DNA of 64,000 nucleotides from a virus (taxonomy: Duplodnaviria; Caudoviricetes), in the IMG/VR virus record IMGVR_UViG_3300047469_000103, positions 236,332-300,331 of that record, one strand, 5' to 3'. Below, piece after piece: positions 37,451 through 46,134 of this stretch (the first letter of the stretch is position 1; each line of letters begins with the position of its first letter). Below the pieces are notes generated by a model. It had not been told where the DNA came from. It did not search any database and worked only from the letters and a program-made list of their open reading frames with translations. Made by a program: the position numbers and the translations under genes.

Positions 37451-39520
37451 ATGGCAGTCGCGAAGAAAAAACCAGTCGAGGAAAAGGTTACAAAGAAAAA
37501 ACCTCTCGCTGAAGCTGTAGGCAAAACGGTCAAAAAGAAATCCGCAAGTCAAGACGGTTTCCAGATTCTGGAAGGCTTGATGGGCGTTCGTCACAACCCG
37601 ACAATGTATCTCGGTGAACTAGGCCCGTCGATGGCCTATCGCTGTATCAAAGAGGCCGTGGACAACGCCTACGATGAACACATTGCAGGGCGTAACTCTG
37701 TAATCGAAGTGATCGTCGATTATGACAACGGAATTTATATCATCGCTGACCAAGCGGGCGGTATTCCGACAGACTTCAAAAAGCTGGAAAACGGCGACAA
37801 AATTTCCATCATGACTGCGGCCTACACGAAGACGCACGCAGGCGCCAAGTTCAACGACAAGGCGTATAAAACTTCGGCAGGTACGCACGGTATCGGTATG
37901 GCTGCGGTAATGGCCGTCTGCGAAGAAATGCGCGCTTGGACAACGTACAAAGGCAAACTGCATTTCCAGAAATACGGCAAAGGTAAAATCACTTCGAAAG
38001 GTGAACACCCGCTGCCTGTGAAAGCCGTCGATAAAGACGTGATGCCGCACCTGAAAGACAAGCTGAAAAAATACGGCACAATCGTTGCGCTGAAATTGGA
38101 TCAAGAAGTTGTATCCGAAGACAGCCGCCGTGGCAAAGCACTGCCGAAGAATTTCCGCAAAGCAGAACCGGTTGCCGCTGACGTGCAATCGTGGTTGCAG
38201 AACGTGGCAATGCTTAACCCCGGTCTGGAAATTCGTTTCGCACAAATTCGCAACAAGAAACGTGAAGACCACGTTTTCATGAACAAAAAGGATTTGGCAT
38301 ATGTACCGAAATACATGTGCGATATCCGCGAACTTTCCGCACAAGGGAAACCGTTCACGTTCAAGACCGACAACATCACCTGTGCCATTGTTTGGTCTGA
38401 CCATACCGACGCAGATAATTTCCTGACATTCGTGAACACTTCGCCAACGGCTGACGGCGGCTGGCACGTGACAGGATTTACCGCTGCACTTTCCGCCGCG
38501 CTGAAGAAATTCATGCCAGCGCCGAAGAAAGGTCAGAAAGGTCAAGGTTTTACCGGTTCGGATTTGCTCACGGGTTTGACCGGCATGTTCGACTGGCGTA
38601 TGCACGGCGCACAGTACACGTCTCAGGTTAAAGACAAACTCGCATCGAAAGTAGACAAAGAAGTTTACGACGCGTTGCTGCCTGAATTGGAAAAGTATTT
38701 CGACACGAACAAATCGGTCGGAAAAAACATCATCAAACGTGCGCAGGTTCTTAACAAAGGCCGACTGGAACTGGCTGCTGTCGTTAAGTCGATGGCTGAC
38801 GTGAAGAAAAAGAAAAACGGTTCTGCTCTCCCGGCTGCGCTCGCTGCTGCACCGAAATGCAAACCGCACGAACGTGAATTGTTTATCGTGGAAGGTGACT
38901 CGGCAAAAGGCCCGTCTGTTAACTCCCGCGACGTTTACAATCAGGAAGTAATGGCCGCGTCTGGTAAGCCACTTAACGCCCTGAAAGCACCGCTTGCAAA
39001 AGTTCTCGCCCACAAAGAAATCGGCAACATGCTTATTTCTCTCGGCGCGGATTTGAAGACGCTTGATCCGAAAGCAGAAAACCCGATTATCAGCGTGGAT
39101 AAACTCCGCGTTGCAAACATCATTTTCCTAGTTGACCCTGACCCGGACGGCGGACACATTGCCGTACTGTTCATGGCGGCGCTGTGGCGTTTGATGCCTG
39201 ATCTTTTCCGTCAAGGTCGTGTGTGGTGTGTGCAGGCTCCGCTTTATGCTGCGCTGCATGATAAACGCATTTATGGTGCAATGACTTTCACCGAATGCCG
39301 CACCCTCGCACCAAAAGCTGTAAAGGATAAGGACATTGTTCGTATCAAAGGTTGGGGAGAAGTAAACGAAGATTACGTCGGCCCAATTGCATTCGATCCG
39401 AAGCAGCGCAAGCTTATTCGAATTGACGCATTTTCCAGTGTCGAACATGAGAAATTTTTCCGTGGCGTTGTGGCAGAAGATGCCGTACACCGTCGCCGTC
39501 TGCTGGGGCTTGAAGACTGA
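37451..39520 (+). CDS. gyrB: type IIA DNA topoisomerase subunit B (GHKL ATPase + TOPRIM)
   Basis: EAVDNAYDE, DQAGGIP, THAGAKF, GTHGIG, VEGDSAKG, DPDPDGGHI, IKGWGE. Confidence 0.93.
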   Translation: MAVAKKKPVEEKVTKKKPLAEAVGKTVKKKSASQDGFQILEGLMGVRHNPTMYLGELGPSMAYRCIKEAVDNAYDEHIAGRNSVIEVIVDYDNGIYIIADQAGGIPTDFKKLENGDKISIMTAAYTKTHAGAKFNDKAYKTSAGTHGIGMAAVMAVCEEMRAWTTYKGKLHFQKYGKGKITSKGEHPLPVKAVDKDVMPHLKDKLKKYGTIVALKLDQEVVSEDSRRGKALPKNFRKAEPVAADVQSWLQNVAMLNPGLEIRFAQIRNKKREDHVFMNKKDLAYVPKYMCDIRELSAQGKPFTFKTDNITCAIVWSDHTDADNFLTFVNTSPTADGGWHVTGFTAALSAALKKFMPAPKKGQKGQGFTGSDLLTGLTGMFDWRMHGAQYTSQVKDKLASKVDKEVYDALLPELEKYFDTNKSVGKNIIKRAQVLNKGRLELAAVVKSMADVKKKKNGSALPAALAAAPKCKPHERELFIVEGDSAKGPSVNSRDVYNQEVMAASGKPLNALKAPLAKVLAHKEIGNMLISLGADLKTLDPKAENPIISVDKLRVANIIFLVDPDPDGGHIAVLFMAALWRLMPDLFRQGRVWCVQAPLYAALHDKRIYGAMTFTECRTLAPKAVKDKDIVRIKGWGEVNEDYVGPIAFDPKQRKLIRIDAFSSVEHEKFFRGVVAEDAVHRRRLLGLED

Positions 39521-41169
39521 TGGCTGCTAAAAAACCAGAACCGAAAAAGGGAGTCGCCAAAAAGGCGGCTTCCAAAGCTGTAGTTAAATCGAAATCGAAA
39601 AGCGTTACGAAGGCGCCGACCACTCGTGACAAAATGCTGGAAGCGGGATTGCAATTCATTACGGAATCCATGTACCCGCTGAAAGCAAACAGCGTAATCG
39701 AACAAGGGCTGGACGTTTACACGCGTGACGCTCTGAAAGTTTATGGTTCGTATGTGGTTGAACAGCGAGCGGTAGCGGATTTCCGCGACGGCATGAAACC
39801 TGTTCACCGTGCGGTTTTGTGGTCGATGGCTGGACTCGGTTTGCGTCCGTCTGCTGGTCATAAAAAATCTGCACGAACTGTTGGTGATGCAATCGGTAAA
39901 TATCACCCGCACGGCGATAGCGCTGCGTATGAAGCGATGGTGACAATTACAAACACGGTGCCGCCGTTCGTTGATGGTCGCGGTGGTTTCGGTTCGCCTG
40001 ATACCCCTGCTTCTGCTGCGCGATACACCGAAGCGAAAATGTCGAAATTCGCTCACACGTTTTTGCTTGATCCCGATTACCTGAAAGTTGTTCCTTACGA
40101 ACAGAACTTTTCAAACGACGATCAATTGCCGCTGTACCTTCCTGCACTTTTGCCAGCGTTGCTTTTCGTGACCAACATCCCGGCCCCGGCCTACGGTGTT
40201 AAAGCGGGCAACCCTGCATTCAGCATGCCGACTGTTGCGAAAGTAATTGTCGATATGTTGAAGGGCAAAACGTACACCGCGCAAAAACTCAGCGATTCGT
40301 TGAAAATTTATCACCCGTATGGATGCCTCGATGTTTCGAAAGATTCTGATATCGAACAGTTGATGGCAACCGGTGCTGGTAAAGTCAGTTATGCACCGCT
40401 GACAAAATACGATGAACCGAAGCGCACGATCTACCTGCAATCGTTTGTGCCGACCACGCTGTCTGGTACAGAAAGCATCGACAAAACCCTGAATAAAATT
40501 CTCGATCTGGACGGCGTGAAAAACGCATACAACTCGCCCGGTAAAAAGAATAAGAACGCGGGGCCATTCGGTGCGCTGTGTGAAATCAATGCGCAGAAGA
40601 ACACGACCGACGAACGCTTCGACGAAATCTGCCACTCGGTAGACAACATCGTTAAATCGTCCGTGCATTATCGACTGGGCGTGACCATCCGTAAAAAAGA
40701 TGCACCGAACGAATTCCGTTATCTGGACTACGTGACGTACTTCAACGCGTGGATCAAATATCGCATCAAACTGGAAGAGCGCCTGATTGCCTACAAGCTG
40801 AAAAGCATTGGCGAGCAATTGCACTTGCAGGAAGTCTATCTGTTCGCTGTACAGAACATGAAAGAACTTCTGAAGATTTTGCCGAAAGCACTCGCGGCAA
40901 AAGACCCGGAAGCAGTCTTGGCGAAGGCGTTGAAAATGCCGGTCGAAGACGCAGCAATTATTCTGGATCGAAAAATCCGTCAATTGGCTGCAATGGAAGC
41001 TGACGCCCTGAAAGAAAAAATCAAAGGGTTGAAAGCCGATATCAAAACCTTGCTCACTGAGCAAAAGAATCCGGGGGAACGGGCTGCACGCGATACCGAA
41101 GCACGCGTGAAAGCCTACTTGAAAAAACCAGACCCAACCCAACCGGGATTGCCAGTCAACCCCGAATAA
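39520..41169 (+). CDS. gyrA: type IIA DNA topoisomerase subunit A, lacking the C-terminal pinwheel
   Basis: DFRDGMKPVHR, KSARTVGDAIGKYHPHGD, active-site AARYTE. Confidence 0.93.
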   Translation: MAAKKPEPKKGVAKKAASKAVVKSKSKSVTKAPTTRDKMLEAGLQFITESMYPLKANSVIEQGLDVYTRDALKVYGSYVVEQRAVADFRDGMKPVHRAVLWSMAGLGLRPSAGHKKSARTVGDAIGKYHPHGDSAAYEAMVTITNTVPPFVDGRGGFGSPDTPASAARYTEAKMSKFAHTFLLDPDYLKVVPYEQNFSNDDQLPLYLPALLPALLFVTNIPAPAYGVKAGNPAFSMPTVAKVIVDMLKGKTYTAQKLSDSLKIYHPYGCLDVSKDSDIEQLMATGAGKVSYAPLTKYDEPKRTIYLQSFVPTTLSGTESIDKTLNKILDLDGVKNAYNSPGKKNKNAGPFGALCEINAQKNTTDERFDEICHSVDNIVKSSVHYRLGVTIRKKDAPNEFRYLDYVTYFNAWIKYRIKLEERLIAYKLKSIGEQLHLQEVYLFAVQNMKELLKILPKALAAKDPEAVLAKALKMPVEDAAIILDRKIRQLAAMEADALKEKIKGLKADIKTLLTEQKNPGERAARDTEARVKAYLKKPDPTQPGLPVNPE

Positions 41170-41182
41170 CCCGGAGAACAAA

Positions 41183-41722
41183 ATGGACGAAACGCCAATC
41201 GTTGAAATCGAAGAGCCGGAAGAGATTTACGTCCACGGCTCGCCTGTGAAATTCAACACGAAAGTTTACTGCTTTATGCGTAGCTTCCATCTGCCGATTC
41301 TGGAAGATCAGGAATTGCCGCTGCAAGATACGTGGTTCATGGTTCCGGCTGTGCAGCACGGGCCAATGATTACGCTTGCAAATCCCAACATCGAATTGAC
41401 CGCTTTGATGATGATCGACCAGAACGGCCTTGTGGTAAAAGCGCATCGTGTGAATCCGCACATTACGCCGCCACTCGGCAACTTCGAACTCGACATGATG
41501 AAAAAAGAAGCGTTCGATATTTCCGTGTGGGAAAAAGCAAAGCAGCAGTCTTTCCCTTACGAAACCATGTTCGACAAAAGCGCTGTAGCCGCTCGTTACC
41601 GCGATGCGAAAGCCACGCCAGCAATGGCGATGAACATCGAATCGTCGAACATCACGTACCAAACAATTCGCAAGAAAATTCAACCGAAACCATGCACCAC
41701 CTGCGGGGGCCGTAACAAATGA
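41183..41722 (+). CDS. hypothetical protein (C-terminal CxxC)
   Basis: 179-aa ORF with GGAG RBS. Confidence 0.75.
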   Translation: MDETPIVEIEEPEEIYVHGSPVKFNTKVYCFMRSFHLPILEDQELPLQDTWFMVPAVQHGPMITLANPNIELTALMMIDQNGLVVKAHRVNPHITPPLGNFELDMMKKEAFDISVWEKAKQQSFPYETMFDKSAVAARYRDAKATPAMAMNIESSNITYQTIRKKIQPKPCTTCGGRNK

Positions 41723-42225
41723 GTGCCGTACTAAAAGAAGGCGTACAAGATTTCGTAGACCTTACGCCTTACGACGTGTTGCGTCGGGAATTACAAACCG
41801 ACGTAATTACTTACGGCGCAATTCACGCAGCATTCGTGAGCAAGTGCGTACCGCATATGGTCGTGGCCCGCGTGCATTTCACTCTGCCTCAATTGAAAAA
41901 CGGTGAAATGCCGTTTGCCGATACGGTAATGAGCGAAGCCACGGTTGAACGTGCCTACATCGAAGGCGCTGCTGTTTGTAATTTCGTGGATAATGTTCTG
42001 GCTCAAGAACATCCGATGGATAAACGTTTCCTTTTGCGTTACATGGAACAGCTTTGCATTCGTTACGGCAAAAGCAACGACCGTGCAATTGGATTCGGTC
42101 ACGACATTATCTACAGCCGTGAAGAGCCTATCGCCGGTTTCTACAAAGCGTTTGATAATACTTTGTACATTCCGCCACTGACTGGTCACTGGGCAATTGC
42201 GTCGAAAGGCAGCGCCCGCGACTAA
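41719..42225 (+). CDS. hypothetical protein
   Basis: 168-aa ORF. Confidence 0.7.
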   Translation: MSAVLKEGVQDFVDLTPYDVLRRELQTDVITYGAIHAAFVSKCVPHMVVARVHFTLPQLKNGEMPFADTVMSEATVERAYIEGAAVCNFVDNVLAQEHPMDKRFLLRYMEQLCIRYGKSNDRAIGFGHDIIYSREEPIAGFYKAFDNTLYIPPLTGHWAIASKGSARD

Positions 42226-42283
42226 AACTGTAAAGAAAAGGCGAGCGCACATTGTTCTCGCCTACTTTCTCGGATGAAATGAA

Positions 42284-42586
42284 ATGGAACAGAATCTCGA
42301 ACTGCACAGCCTCATGACCGACATGCAAATCGGCTATTACATGGCGTTGAAATACAACAGCGAGACGGGCAAACCGACCAACGTAAAGGAAGCGGTTGCT
42401 GTGCTGAAACAGATTGCAAAAAACGCAATCGTGAACAAACGCATTCCGCGTTCGCTGTTCATGTATGCAAAAGTATTCCTACTGTCAGAAGACCCGATGG
42501 CCGTTGTAGAACGCGCTTATCAAGTCTACTGCCAAGAAAACCCGGAAGAGGTCGAAGGCGATGGAACTTTGGCTATGCAAGCGTAA
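42284..42586 (+). CDS. hypothetical protein
   Basis: 100-aa ORF; ACTGTAAA at 42227. Confidence 0.7.
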   Translation: MEQNLELHSLMTDMQIGYYMALKYNSETGKPTNVKEAVAVLKQIAKNAIVNKRIPRSLFMYAKVFLLSEDPMAVVERAYQVYCQENPEEVEGDGTLAMQA

Positions 42587-43028
42587 CGAATTCGGTTTGC
42601 TGAAAGACGGTAGAATGATTTCGTTTTTCCGTGTGAATAATCCACACCAGCCAATCGAAACGCTGGAGTACATGAGCGGCAAGGCGAAAACCACGGCCCG
42701 AGCTTTCATCGACGACCTTGTGACAAAACACGGCATGTTGAAAGCGATGGTCAGCAACTGCGCATTGCCGCCGTCGAAAAACGAATGTGTTTACGTGCAT
42801 GACTTTGGCGAAATTCATTCGGTGCGATTATTGAGCATGGTGTCGGGACACAAGCTGCTGACATTTCTTGCGAAAGTGAACGAAGAAAATGCCTACGTGC
42901 AATTCTTTGTACGCAATCACAGAAACCGTCTGACTGTTCGTTGTCGGGCACGCACAAACATTCATCAGTTCGCCACTGACGAACGGGACGCCGGGAACTA
43001 TTTGGGTTTCCTAATTTTTGAACACTAA
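42561..43028 (+). CDS. hypothetical protein
   Basis: 155-aa ORF. Confidence 0.65.
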   Translation: MELWLCKRNEFGLLKDGRMISFFRVNNPHQPIETLEYMSGKAKTTARAFIDDLVTKHGMLKAMVSNCALPPSKNECVYVHDFGEIHSVRLLSMVSGHKLLTFLAKVNEENAYVQFFVRNHRNRLTVRCRARTNIHQFATDERDAGNYLGFLIFEH

Positions 43029-43036
43029 GGTGACGC

Positions 43037-43456
43037 ATGGACAAGCGCATATACGGAACCGTTAATCGCACGCAGAAAGGCGAAACGTTTTTGCAGTCCG
43101 TCACAGTGGAAGGGCCGGGAGCGCAGCAATTACTTGTGCGCCTTTTCCGTGATAGAAATCCAATGCACTTTGTTGTGCGTGGCGGAATGACTGCGCTGGT
43201 GCGTCAAGACCTTGCGTATGAAACGCTGGATGAAATACTTAACCAGATGGGCACGAAAAAGGCTGTGATAGGCGAGCATAACGAAATGATTTTCGTAATT
43301 GTTTCTTATGCAAAAGGTCGGCTGTGTGAAAGCCTGATCCGTAGCGCCCGCACCCTGCGCACAATCAAAGCGCCTGTACGATTAATCGAGTCCGAAAAAG
43401 ATTTGATAAACGCGCCCGTCTCTTATCAACCGACACGCGTCTATAAGGACGACTAA
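43037..43456 (+). CDS. hypothetical protein
   Basis: 139-aa ORF with TAATG coupling. Confidence 0.7.
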   Translation: MDKRIYGTVNRTQKGETFLQSVTVEGPGAQQLLVRLFRDRNPMHFVVRGGMTALVRQDLAYETLDEILNQMGTKKAVIGEHNEMIFVIVSYAKGRLCESLIRSARTLRTIKAPVRLIESEKDLINAPVSYQPTRVYKDD

Positions 43457-44289
43457 TGACCCTTCTATCTGTGGACGGCACGAACGCAATCCACCGGGCA
43501 CACCATGCCGTCAGATACATGGAACACAAGGGCACACCAACGAATGCAATTATCGGATTCTTTGCAATCCTGAATTCGAATCTACGCCAAATCAACGCGA
43601 AAAAATGTCTCGTGACATTCGACCGTACTGGCGGACAAAACTTTCGACAGAAATTGCATCCGTTGTACAAAGGCACACGTGACAAAGACCCGGTGAAGAG
43701 TGCTGCGCTCGCTGCACAGGTTCCAATCATCTGTGATTTGCTGGAAGCGATGGGCATTTCGTTTGTAGGCAAAAAGAATATCGAGGCTGACGATATTATC
43801 GGCAGTACCGCTGTGAATTACACTGACGGAATCGCATACATCCTTTCCGGGGATAAAGATTTCGCACAGGAATTGATTCACAAACACGTTCGTTTAATCA
43901 ATCCGAACAAAAAGATCACCGTGTCCTATAAAAACTGTAAAGAGGTATACGGAGTTCACCCGAAACACATGATTGATTACCTAATGCTGGACGGCGACGA
44001 AATTGATAACATTGATGGCGTTCCCGGCGTTGGGCCAAAGACAGCAATTAAACTGCTGGAAGAATTCGGAAGGGCTGAAAAGATTCCATTGGATCGTTTC
44101 CCTCCCAAATCAAAAACTGTAAACATTCCTAAACTGCTAAAGCTTAATCGGCAGCTTGTAACAATCCGTTCCGATCTGTATGATGCAAACACGGAATTGG
44201 ATTTATCAATTTCCAAGATGGACGTGAAGGAATTCGCGAAAATCTGCAACCGATACCGATTGAATTCACTTTTGAAGACAATCAGATAA
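43456..44289 (+). CDS. 5'-3' exonuclease / flap endonuclease (Pol I N-domain, T4 RNase H-like)
   Basis: VDGTN, FD, YKGTR, EADDIIG, SGDKD, GDEIDNIDGVPGVGPKTA (H3TH). Confidence 0.93.
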   Translation: MTLLSVDGTNAIHRAHHAVRYMEHKGTPTNAIIGFFAILNSNLRQINAKKCLVTFDRTGGQNFRQKLHPLYKGTRDKDPVKSAALAAQVPIICDLLEAMGISFVGKKNIEADDIIGSTAVNYTDGIAYILSGDKDFAQELIHKHVRLINPNKKITVSYKNCKEVYGVHPKHMIDYLMLDGDEIDNIDGVPGVGPKTAIKLLEEFGRAEKIPLDRFPPKSKTVNIPKLLKLNRQLVTIRSDLYDANTELDLSISKMDVKEFAKICNRYRLNSLLKTIR

Positions 44290-44351
44290 ATGTGTAGATA
44301 ACTACATAAACCACGGCAATATGCCAACCCTAGAAAGAAGAGAGAAATATC

Positions 44352-44927
44352 ATGACCGCACCAATCGTTAAAGTTTCGAAAGCTGTTGCCGCCGCCACTA
44401 AACTGCTGGCTACCCGCACCGACGCACTGACCGCTGCCAAAGCTGACCTGACCGCCGCCAACGCTACCGCCAAGCGTCAAAGCAAACTGGTTCTTTCCGC
44501 ACCGAAAGTTGTCGCTACCGTGCAGAAAAATGCGCAAGCTTCCATCGAAGGTTTCACCCAAGCCGTTGCCGTTCTGACCACCGAAGTTGCCGATGCAAAA
44601 GCTGCACTGGCGCTGGTAATCAAAACCGAACGTGACGCGGCCACCGCTGCTGCAAAAGCTGCAAAAGCTCTGCAAGCACAAAAAGATCGCGATGCAAAAA
44701 CTGCACAGCGTCTGGCTGACAAAGCTGCCAAAACTGCACCTGCTGTTGCTCCGGTTGCTGCGCCTGCTGTTAAGGCTGCACCGAAAGCAAAAGCTGCAAA
44801 AGTCGCTGCTGCCCCTGTTGCCACTGTGAAAGCTGCCCCGAAAGCAAAAGCTGTTAAAGCCGCTGCTGCCCCGGTCGCTGCCAAAGCTGCACCGAAAGCC
44901 AAAGTTGCCAAGGCTCCAAAAGCCTAA
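44352..44927 (+). CDS. Ala/Lys-rich H1/AlgP-like protein
   Basis: Helical N-half; C-terminal (K)AAPKAKAAK repeats. Confidence 0.75.
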   Translation: MTAPIVKVSKAVAAATKLLATRTDALTAAKADLTAANATAKRQSKLVLSAPKVVATVQKNAQASIEGFTQAVAVLTTEVADAKAALALVIKTERDAATAAAKAAKALQAQKDRDAKTAQRLADKAAKTAPAVAPVAAPAVKAAPKAKAAKVAAAPVATVKAAPKAKAVKAAAAPVAAKAAPKAKVAKAPKA

Positions 44928-44955
44928 GCAATTTGCTTTACTGGCAATGAAACCG

Positions 44956-44984
44956 AAAGCGGCCTAGAGATAGGTCGCTTTTTT
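44956..44984 (+). terminator. intrinsic terminator
   Basis: AAAGCGGCCTA-GAGA-TAGGTCGCTTT-TTT. Confidence 0.85.
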
Positions 44985-45014
44985 ACTTTCCAGCGCGGAA
45001 AAGCAGGGACAAAT

Positions 45015-45821
45015 ATGATTAACGCTAGCGGAATCATCAAAGATATTCTGAACGGCAAGCTGACCTACACCGAATTGCTGCGCGATGTATCCACTATGCA
45101 GCAGTTGAGTTCTAACGTTGTCGATTTCAATTTCATCGTGAATCAATTTCTCGCGATGGGTTGCCGTTTGATTCTCGACGGTGACAACGTTCAAGTAGTT
45201 CCTAACGATGCACGAATTCATCCATCACCACCGGACTTTATGCGCATTCGTCCAAGCGAAGCGCTGCCGCTCATTCGTAACGAACCGTTCGCCTTCTTGC
45301 CGAATTGGGATAAAGTTTACGCCCGTTTAGAAATCATGCTTCAAAGCAAAGGGCCGCAGCCGATGACAACTGCGCCGTTTCGCGAAGTGTTGAGCATGAA
45401 ATCCATTTTCAACAATTCGAATCGCGTTGTTCCATCGCAAATGGTTTGCTTCCCGGTAATCTGTTTGCTTGATGGTTCGATTAAGCTGATTCGCATGTCG
45501 CTGCACAATTTCTCGAAAACCCCTCGCGATGTTTTGAATGGTGCGCCTTGCATCATTCGCGGTAAATCTTCACGGAAGCAAATCGTGAAGCCAACCATTT
45601 TGATCGAAAACACATTCGATACGGTTGAGATTCTGGAACGCAACGCTGAAGCATTGGCGCAACTGGAAGCGGACTATAGCGTTTCGAACGTTGTAACCGT
45701 TGAACAGGCACAACTGCTGCGTAACCTGCTTGATAGCCGGAAACGAGACGCTACGGCCATTCAAAGCCGTATGGCGTCGATTCATTCAGTAAACGAAGGC
45801 AAAGGCGCTAACCGGGCTTGA
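45015..45821 (+). CDS. hypothetical protein
   Basis: 268-aa ORF. Confidence 0.75.
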   Translation: MINASGIIKDILNGKLTYTELLRDVSTMQQLSSNVVDFNFIVNQFLAMGCRLILDGDNVQVVPNDARIHPSPPDFMRIRPSEALPLIRNEPFAFLPNWDKVYARLEIMLQSKGPQPMTTAPFREVLSMKSIFNNSNRVVPSQMVCFPVICLLDGSIKLIRMSLHNFSKTPRDVLNGAPCIIRGKSSRKQIVKPTILIENTFDTVEILERNAEALAQLEADYSVSNVVTVEQAQLLRNLLDSRKRDATAIQSRMASIHSVNEGKGANRA

Positions 45822-45860
45822 CTGCCCTATGGCCCTTTGATACCGTGGGTTGTCCGTAAC

Positions 45861-46079
45861 GTTTCGAGCCTTCAGCGTAACGCTCACGGATCAAGGGAAG
45901 TTTCAGACGATGCGCTTCTATATAGGGCGCACGCTTCGAACCTTGATTGATTGCAGCCGAAGCAATGAGCGTTACCGTTTCAATGCTTTCCGGCTCAAAG
46001 GAACGTTTGCCTTTATAGGGCGCCGTTCAAATGCCGCTTGTGTGTTTGGCGTTCCTTTGATAGATTGAAACCTCGAAAC
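45861..46079 (+). ncRNA. candidate structured ncRNA or leader, three-way junction with two similar arms
   Basis: At least 8 mutually compatible helices of 5-11 bp found by eye in an intergenic gap (see findings). Confidence 0.6.
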
Positions 46080-46134
46080 CCCTGCCTGAATGAAAAGGCA
46101 CTCACACATTAAAGTAAGTTTGGAGAGAATCACC

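Noticed and set aside
45821-46023. Hairpins ACTGCCCTATGGC and TGCCTTTATAGGGC resemble the type I-F CRISPR repeat hairpin (CTGCC-GTATA-GGCAG), i.e. a possible RNA anti-CRISPR
   Set aside because: Stem and loop differ and the GTTCA/CTAAGAAA flanks are absent. The similarity is too weak to call; it could be revisited with a Cas6f cleavage test.
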